A stretch of 64,000 nt of DNA from Spirochaetia bacterium. GTDB lineage: Bacteria > Spirochaetota > Spirochaetia > SZUA-6 > Bin103. Under the pieces are notes generated by a model. That model saw only the letters and a program-made list of their open reading frames with translations. It ran no database searches and was not told the origin of the DNA. Of the stretch, positions 60,293 through 64,000 are shown in pieces. The position numbers were made by a program, and so were the translations under genes. The stretch spans positions 1,344,001 to 1,408,000 of the forward strand of contig CBDATQ010000002.1 in NCBI GenBank assembly GCA_965199955.1, read 5' to 3'. Position 1 is the stretch's first letter, and each line of letters begins with the position of its first letter.

Positions 60293-60526
60293 GGTTGCCG
60301 CGCGACGTCTCAGGCAGCGAGGTCGCCAGGTTGCTTGCTCGTCATTACGGCTACCGAGTCACTCGGACCCGCGGCAGCCACATGACGGTGGCGCTAACGG
60401 TCGGCAGTAACACTCACCGCTCTGCATGGCGACGTCCGGGTCGGAACGCTCGACGCAATACTCGGCGACGTGGCGGAGTTCTATGGCCTGCCCAAGCACG
60501 AAGTGCGCGAAACCCTCTTCGGCTGA
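60289..60526 (+). pseudogene. hicA: HicA toxin, small deletion/frameshift near 60420
   Basis: MRLPRDVSG..GY..RGSHM, then LHGDVRVGTLDAILGDVA in another frame. Confidence 0.78.
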
Positions 60527-60566
60527 TGACTCAGGGTTCCGCGGTTGATAGACCGAGTATAGGTTC

Positions 60567-62591
60567 GTGAGCGAAACGCACATACTCTGGGACTCCTACG
60601 GCATCCCGCACATCTTTGCGCCCGATCACCGCAGGCTGTTCTACGCCTACGGCTACGCACAGATGGAGGCTCACGGAGAACTGCTGACACGCCTCTACGC
60701 GCAGGGGCGGGGACGCGCTGCCGAGTTCTACGGCGCCGCTTGGCTGGACGATGACCGCTGGGTCCGGATCAACGCGATCCCGCAGTGCGCCGCGCGCTGG
60801 GCCGCGCAACAGAGTGCGGGGTTCGCGCCGTTGCTGCGCGCCTTCGTCGCCGGCCTGAACGCGTCGGCGGCCTCGCAGGCCGACTCTCTCAGCACGGCCG
60901 CCCGCGGCGTGCTGCCGTTCACCATCGCGGACGTGCTCGCCCACACGATGCGCGTCATCAACGTCGAGTGTCATGCGAGCCGCCAACGGGTGGCGTCCCG
61001 GCTGACCGAGTCGAGCGCGGCACCCAGCGAATCGAACGGCTGGGCGATCGGTCCGTCCAAGTCCGCGTCCGGCAACGTCATGCTGCTGAGCAATTCACAC
61101 CTGCATTGGGGCGACCGGCACACCTACTTCGAGGTGCAGCTCACCGCTCCGGGAGTGACCTCGTACGGCGCGGTCTGGGTCGGGTTCCCGGTCCTGCGCC
61201 AGTGCTTCACCGAGTACCTCGGCTGGACCCAGACCACGAACCCTTCCAACTTGGCCACCCTCTACCGGCTTTCACTAACCGGCAGCGGCTACGAGCTGGA
61301 CGGCGGCATGCAGCCGTTCGACATGGAGCGTCAGGTGCTCAAGGTGCTCCGGGAGGACGGCACGGTGGACTCCGAGCCGTTGACCATTCGCCGCTCTGCA
61401 CACGGTCCGGTAGTGGCGGAGGCAGAGGGCAAGGCCGTGGCGCTGCGGGTCGCCGGCACCGCCCGGCCGCGGATGCTGGAGCAGTTCTGGCGCATGGGCC
61501 TTGCGCGCACCCTGGAACAGTTCCACGCCGCCATGGCCGTGCAGCAGCTCCCGCTGTTCAACACCATGTACGGCGACCGCGACGGGCACATCATGTACCT
61601 GTACAACGCCGCGTTGCCGCTGCGCGAGCCCGCCGACGAGCGCTTCTGGCGCGGCCTGGTGCCGGGCAACGACTCCGCGCTGATCTGGTCGGAGGCGGTG
61701 GTGCCCTACGCGGAGCTGCCCAAGGTGATCGATCCGCCGGGCGGCTGGGTGCAGAACTGCAACGACTCGCCGTGGACCTGCACGCATCCGATGGTGCTGG
61801 ACCCCGCCGACTGGACGCCGCAGATCGCCCCCGAGCCTATGCACACGCCGCGCGCCATGCGCAGCATCCGGCTGCTCTCCCAGGCGGGCAGGATCACCCT
61901 TGCCGACCTCAAGGCGATGAAGCTCTCGACCCGCGTCGAGCTGGCCGACCACTTCGTGGACGACCTGGCCGCGGCTGCAGAGCGGCTCGGCGGCGAGCGG
62001 GCGCGGCGGGCCGCGGGGATCCTGCGGCGCTGGGACCGCGCCACCAACAACGACAGCGCCGGCGCGCTCCTGTTCCACCACTTCCTGGTCGCTGCCGGAG
62101 AGGAGTTCGAGGAGATCGGCGGCCACTGCGTCCCGGCGGACCCGGACCAGCCCCTGACCACGCCACGCGGTTTCGCCACGCCCGAGCGGGCGGTGGCGGC
62201 CTTCGACGCGGCGGCGGAGGACCTGGAGCGTGAATACGGCACCCTGCAGGTGCGCTGGGGCGACGTCGTGCGCCTGCGCCGCAGTTCCCTGGACCTGCCC
62301 GGCAACGGCGCGCCCAGCCAGATGGGGGCGATCCGCACCTCGGGCCTGAGCCCGTTCACGGACGGCACGGCCCAGATCGTCAGCGGCGACACCTTCTACG
62401 CCGTCGTGGAGTTCTCGGACCCGGTCCGCGGCGAAGCCCTGATCGGCTACGGCAACTGGTCACGCGCGGGGTCGAAGCACGTCACCGACCAACTGGAACT
62501 GGCCTCGCAGAAGCGGATGCGACCGATCCAGCGCACGCGCCGCGAGATCGAAGCAGCCCTGGAGTACCGGCAGGAGCTGGAGCCCGACTGA
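60567..62591 (+). CDS. Penicillin acylase family (S45) Ntn hydrolase
   Basis: WDSYGIPHIFA, YGYAQ, SNGWAIGPSKS..LLSNSHL, HGPV, QNCND. Confidence 0.92.
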   Translation: MSETHILWDSYGIPHIFAPDHRRLFYAYGYAQMEAHGELLTRLYAQGRGRAAEFYGAAWLDDDRWVRINAIPQCAARWAAQQSAGFAPLLRAFVAGLNASAASQADSLSTAARGVLPFTIADVLAHTMRVINVECHASRQRVASRLTESSAAPSESNGWAIGPSKSASGNVMLLSNSHLHWGDRHTYFEVQLTAPGVTSYGAVWVGFPVLRQCFTEYLGWTQTTNPSNLATLYRLSLTGSGYELDGGMQPFDMERQVLKVLREDGTVDSEPLTIRRSAHGPVVAEAEGKAVALRVAGTARPRMLEQFWRMGLARTLEQFHAAMAVQQLPLFNTMYGDRDGHIMYLYNAALPLREPADERFWRGLVPGNDSALIWSEAVVPYAELPKVIDPPGGWVQNCNDSPWTCTHPMVLDPADWTPQIAPEPMHTPRAMRSIRLLSQAGRITLADLKAMKLSTRVELADHFVDDLAAAAERLGGERARRAAGILRRWDRATNNDSAGALLFHHFLVAAGEEFEEIGGHCVPADPDQPLTTPRGFATPERAVAAFDAAAEDLEREYGTLQVRWGDVVRLRRSSLDLPGNGAPSQMGAIRTSGLSPFTDGTAQIVSGDTFYAVVEFSDPVRGEALIGYGNWSRAGSKHVTDQLELASQKRMRPIQRTRREIEAALEYRQELEPD

Positions 62592-62629
62592 CGCTTCACG
62601 GGAGCCGGCCTCGTCGGTACCCTCGCCAC

Positions 62630-63614
62630 ATGCGTGTCGTCGACGGCGGCGTGGTGTTCGAGGCCGCCTCCGCGAACGGTGGACGCGCCTGTACCTGCTT
62701 CACCGGCGTGCTTGCGCTGAGCGACGGCACCGTACTGGTCACCTTCCGGCAGGCGAGCGCGCGCAAGAGCGCCGACGGCAGCATGGTAATCCGGGCCAGC
62801 CGGGATGGCGGCGCGACCTGGCATCGGCGCTACGATACGCGCGGCGCCGATGACTGGCAGGGGACGCCCGGCGAGGTCTACAGCTTCTCGCTGCGCGAGG
62901 AGCCCGATGGCGCGCTGCTGGCAACCGGGCTCTGGATCGACCGGTCCGGACCCGAGCGGCCCTTCTCCCATCCGCAGACCAGCGGTCTGCTGCCGATGCG
63001 CATATTCCACACCAGGTCCACCGACGCCGGCTCGAGCTGGTCGCCGTGGCGCCGGATGGCGACCCCGCCGCACGTGGCGGCCTCGCCCTGCTCGATGTCC
63101 GTGCTCGACCTCGCGGGCGGAGTCCGCGCCCAGCCCTACGAGTGCTGGAAAGAGTACGAGGACCCGGCCCCGGCGCCGCAGGCAGCCTACTTGAGACTGT
63201 CGCGCGACGGCGGCGCCACCTGGCCCGACTACGTGCAGGTGGCGCGCGACCGGGGCGGCGGCCGGTTCTACTGGGATCAGCGGCTGGCCGTTCACCCGGA
63301 GACGGGGCGGCTGGACCGAGCCGGTCGGCACCGGCATCACCGGCAACCACACCCAGCCGCTGGCGGTCGGGGGCGACCGGCTCGGGCGGACGTGGGACCC
63401 GGCGTCCGCCACCGTCGTGTATCGGAGCGAGCACGACGAGGAGGCGGGCTCGCGCGCCGGCCGCACGCTGCTGAACACGTGGATCGACATGACCGAGTGG
63501 CGCTATGGGCATCCGCGGGCCACGGTGCTCGACGACGGCACGGTGTTCGTCGTCTTCTACGCGGGCGCGACCGCGTCGGCGACCGACGTGCGCTGGGCCC
63601 GGCTGGAGCTCTGA
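62630..63614 (+). pseudogene. BNR/sialidase family protein with deletion/frameshifts near 63310-63410
   Basis: SRDGGATW x2, STDAGSSW; C-term YGHPRATVLDDG..VRWARLEL* in another frame. Confidence 0.72.
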
Positions 63615-63729
63615 GCCAAGCCCCGGAGCGGTGCCGCAGCTCAGCGCGATGGCGAGCCGGGATCGAGGCGGGCGAGAAACCCGGCGGCGGTGTCGCAGCT
63701 TCCCAGCCATTCACCGACCTCGGCCAGTC

Positions 63730-64000
63730 GTTTGCCACCGCGCGCAGCAGGTTCCGCCCAAGCAAATCGTCCGCCGTCACGCGCCACAGGTCAAGCAGGA
63801 AGTAGCCCTGCGCCGGCTGATACGGCGCCAGCCAGGGTCCGCCCGGAGCGACCAGCCCGCTCATCCGCCGCGCTGCGGTCCACGGCTCGGCGCCGTTGTA
63901 CAGCACGACCGGCAGCACCGGCGGCAGCCGCCCTTCGGCGATCCCCGGCGCCTCGTTGCGCACCAGCTCCTGGTAGAGCAGTCCGGTGTAGGTGTGGATG
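63730..64000 (-). pseudogene. Rpn/YhgA-like recombination-promoting nuclease (putative transposase), partial and 3'-truncated
   Basis: YTGLLYQEL..GRLPPVLPVVLYNGAEPWTA..YQP..YFLLD; runs off the window. Confidence 0.75.

Overview
GC-rich bacterial window, probably a diderm (TolC and a type I secretion operon are present). It is accessory/catabolic DNA: about 9 PhyH-type Fe(II)/2-oxoglutarate dioxygenase genes or fragments, 5 sulfatases, 5-6 BNR/sialidase-like propellers, SDRs, FAD oxidoreductases, a sugar ABC transporter, peptidases and 6-7 toxin-antitoxin loci. This mix resembles marine sponge-symbiont genomes (inference only). I found no rRNA, tRNA, CRISPR array, reverse transcriptase or integrase. 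The most notable signals are: (1) a 102-bp palindromic element in two copies, one inserted in-frame inside a protein; (2) many 'telescoped' genes that keep their start and end but have lost their middles; (3) a recurrent TANNNT box 6-8 nt before start codons, suggesting leaderless mRNAs; (4) a PhyH paralog with a halogenase-like H-x-G motif; (5) an exact RBS-to-stop gene duplication flanking a GNAT gene. Some frameshifts could be sequencing errors. All family calls come from motif recognition by eye, not database searches.
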